Assembly: GCA_964016885.1 (NCBI GenBank)
Contig: OZ024740.1
Coordinates: 51,460,001 to 51,524,000, forward strand
Length of the DNA: 64,000 bases
Direction: 5' to 3'
Source: Eledone cirrhosa
Taxonomy: Eukaryota
Positions 60,221-64,000 of this stretch are shown here, piece by piece; the first letter of the stretch is position 1; each line of letters opens with the position of its first letter. Below the pieces are notes generated by a model. It did no database searches, was not told the origin of the DNA, and worked only from the letters and a program-made list of their open reading frames with translations. The position numbers and the translations under genes are program-made.

Positions 60221-61626
60221 GTATTCAAATTTCTTATCAATATTTGAAGGATAATTGAAAGGTAACTGAGAGTGTATAGCATTGAATTTAAATTATGACT
60301 AGTACACTCTGTAAAATGATAGGTATTAGGAAGGGCTTCTAACCATAAAAACCATGCCAAAAAGGGTTGAGATGACATTTTAGTCATGACACAACAACCT
60401 CTCTAGTGCTAGTGTCATAAAAAATGCACCCAGTACATTCTGTAAGGAGGTTGGGGATAGGGAGGACATCCAGTTGTAGAAACCATACCAAAAAAGGGAT
60501 GAGAGAACTCTTCAGTTGTGTCAAAGACATAGCAACCCCTAGTGCTGATGACACAATAAAACACAACACAGTAGATTCAGTAAAGTAAGATGAAGCCCCC
60601 AAACTCATCAGAGAGGTCAGTAGCTCCAATTTAAGTACTGACTTTGTCTGTGATGACCTGTCCAACCTTTGCTAGCAGGGAAAACGGATGTTAAATGATA
60701 GTGTTGAATAAATTAAAGTTGATAAAAACAATCAAAATTATAATACCCAAAGAGTGGCAAGTTTCTTTTATTATTGCTTACCCCTAGATCAGCCCTCATT
60801 GAGTGGTGCCTATGATCAAAAGCATTCCAACAGTGACTATCCAATTTTATTTTTAGGCATAGTGCATCTAGAATCACATTATTCAGTATGTTCTTCCTTT
60901 TTAAAGAAGGTATGGCAAGGTTTGAGGAAGATTTGATTGCCATTTTTAGCTGAGCAAGCAACCGGCTAAAAGAGCAACAAGCTGAGAGGAATGGTCAAAC
61001 ACTAGAGTAAAGGTTTTGTAGTATTGTGCTCTGACCACTCTATGTTGCTAGGATTGATAATTTGATAATTCTAGGATAAATTAAGGAATACTACAAATAT
61101 ATGTCACTGTGGATTCCGTAAGCCAAGAGAGTAATCACTTCAAATTACACAGCATAAATATGAACTCTGTAAATTATAGCAAAAGCAACCCATCGGGGAG
61201 TGGGGCCATTTTAAATAAAAACTAATACTGAGTGGAAAGGATCCTTCAGGCTTGTCAGATAACCTTTCTAGTGCTGGTGTGTATGCACCCAGTCCACTCT
61301 GTAATGGGATTGGAAGGGCATCCAGCTAGACCTATGATATACACACTAATCATCATCATTTCATCCAACACATGGAAGCATGGAAAAACAGACGTAAAAA
61401 AGGATGATGATGATAATCATCATTTTATATCTGTTCTTCCATGCTTGTATGTGTTTAATACAATCCCCTGCACTTTTCTTTCGTGCTAACTTATTTTATA
61501 CTGAGCTCTTTTAGGAAAAATTTCCCTGTCATAAACGTGTCTTATGAGCCTCAGGATATTATATATATACTTTTAAATGTTTTGTTATCGAATTGTTATT
61601 ATAAGGTTATTTCTTTTTATTACTAG

Positions 61627-61733
61627 AACTTCCTGGTGTATTTTTTTGCTGGAATCAAGAAAATGACCCCAGAATGGCTTGGGGGTTACTCAATGAGGTC
61701 CCTGAATGAACACTGGGTATTCATGCCATTTAA
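61627..61733 (+). CDS. GGCX: GGCX coding exon 5 (contains the catalytic AGxKK lysine motif); gene continues beyond the window
   Basis: NFLVYFFAGIKKMTPEWLGGYSMRSLNEHWVFMPF(K); tactag acceptor, gtaagt donor; 107 bp. Confidence 0.93.
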
Positions 61734-64000
61734 GTAAGTTCTTTTATATGTTCTTCAACACTTATTACATTGTTTAATCTTTTTGATACCAGCCCTGCCA
61801 GAACCTGCTCAGGTTCTGTGCAATAAAACTATACATTTTAAAGAATTCTTATTTAAATTTACATCTTATAACAAAATTTTATATAAGAACTATATGCTAA
61901 GTTACTATCTTAGTAATGAAATTATTAATAATTTGAGTAAATACCTCAAAATTCTTCATTGATTAATTGAAATAGAGTGTATTTCATTAGTAATATGATC
62001 ACAAATGGGTTAATATTGCTATTGTGATTGAGTAGTCTCATTCAGAAACTGCTCAAGCAAAACTTTGTCAGCGTTAATCTAGGTTTGGGATTTCCAAACT
62101 TATTTTGCCATGGAACCCTTATGATTTTCCAACAAATCATGGAATCCATACATATATTTTGTGGATAATCTCAACCACACTAATTCAATAAAACATTAAT
62201 TAAAACAAAAATTGTTTTAGAGTATTTATAAAAACAAAACAAAACATGTATTCGGATGTATATTGAATTTTATTAAAATATATCTAATATCACAGAACAT
62301 TTTCATGAAACCCTACTTTAAGAAACATTGATTTGGGTTATGGTTTTAAAATTGGAAGATAAAGTAGCCACATATACTCTTTGTTGTATAGTAAGGATAA
62401 AAGTAATTTAAGGAAAACCTGAAGGGATAAAGGAAGAGGCTGTTGATTGAACAATATAATGTAATTTAGAGTCAAACTAAGTCGGTTTGATATGATGGAA
62501 AATAAAATAAAAAAAACATAAAGTTTGATGTAGAGAAATATTTTGAGCTATTTGCTTTTCTCCTCCTACAAGCCTACTGAGAAGTTATCCCTTTCATAAA
62601 AGAATTGATTTGGTAGTTGGGTGTAAAATGATTTCAAATGATAATACATTCATAGGTTGTGAGGAACAAGATGGAAAAAAGCTTTTGAAACTAGCACAGA
62701 CATGGTTGTATGGCTAAGAAGTTAAATTCACACCCACATGGTGCTGGGCTTTATCCCACTGCATGGTGATTTGCTCAAATGTCTTGTACTTTAGTCTTGG
62801 GTTGTTGACTAATGCCTTGTGAATGGAATTTAGTATATGACAAATGATCACAAGTGGAGGATGCTGGGCTGGAAAAGATGCATCCAACCCATTTAAGCAT
62901 GGAAAAGCAGACATAAAATGATGATGATGATATAATATGAAGAAAACTGATAAACTGGTGCTTTCAAGCAAACATATCTTGTGGCATTTGTTCTACCAAA
63001 GTTGCATATCTGCTTCCTTGTCACTCTTGCCATTGTAAATGCAGTGAACCAGTGATTGACCTGGAAATATGTAACCAACAATACTGCTGTTCATAAAATG
63101 CAATATAAAACATAAATATATGAGGGATTATTAACTTGTTACTTAACTTGCCAATATAGTGATCAAATATCTCCCTAACTCCACATTAGATATGACTGAA
63201 ACCATATTCCTAAACTCTGATATAGGGTACAAGTGAATCCAGCTAACATTAAATAATGAAATAATATAACAAAACAAGTAAATAGAATATTAATAAATTT
63301 TAAAATGATATAATGTTAAATTAACTTATGTAGATTTTAAAGCCCAATGCATTAGGCTTTAAGCTGGTAGATAGCAAGCAGAATTTCAACAGGTGTCTCA
63401 TGTTATAGTAATTGTTATGAAGATTTACAACCTGAGACTTCTGTATATCATTGATATCAAAATAATTTATTGTGAAGTGACTTCTGAGATAAGAAGGTAT
63501 AAATATTTTGATCAGCTGCTAAATATAAACAAAGTTTTTAAAAAATATATTAATCAAGTGGGAAAAATCAAAAAATAAAACTCATATTTTAAGGCCAAAA
63601 TTTTGTTGACAAAATCTGTTTAAATTTGTTAGATAAGGAGTGTCAAATGTCTGCTTGATGGTATTCATCAACAGGACATTAACTTTATTTGTCTTCAACT
63701 TAAGTGGCATGATTCTCAGCAGTGCAAAAAACAAACTCATGCTCTCAATTCATCCAAAACAAGATTGAAATTGAAATATCTATGAAAGAACTAATTATGA
63801 TATAATTAAATCTAAATAAAAATATACCAACTATATCAAGACACAGTCCCCCAAAATAACCCTGCTAGGGACAGTTCAAAACACTTTCGATTCAATATCA
63901 CAGCTCAAACTGTACACACTCTGTACATAAATCATACTCTATACAATAAGCACTCAATAAAAGAATATAAGCCCACGGTAAAAGGCAACACGGTAAAAAC

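Overview
AT-rich eukaryotic genomic DNA, most likely cephalopod (octopus-like; inferred from the SINE/LINE repertoire and a mollusc-type GGCX). It is almost entirely transposon-derived up to ~53 kb. Contents: many RTE-clade LINE copies whose RT carries an inserted C4HC3 (PHD-like) finger; two Penelope-like elements (PLEs) integrated as head-to-head fold-backs between (TA)n tracts; a Tx1/L1-clade element split by an RTE; a CRE-like fragment; a Tc1-family transposon that has spawned a ~2.25-kb, 23-bp minisatellite from its own stop codon, each unit carrying TACTAAC-CAG; tRNA-derived SINEs with TSDs; and fold-back/MITE elements. About a dozen hammerhead-ribozyme motifs of several families were found by eye, some with variant cores. 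The only host gene recognised is vitamin K-dependent gamma-glutamyl carboxylase (GGCX): five coding exons on the + strand from 53448, and the gene continues past the window. All folds, identities and family assignments are by eye and are not computed.
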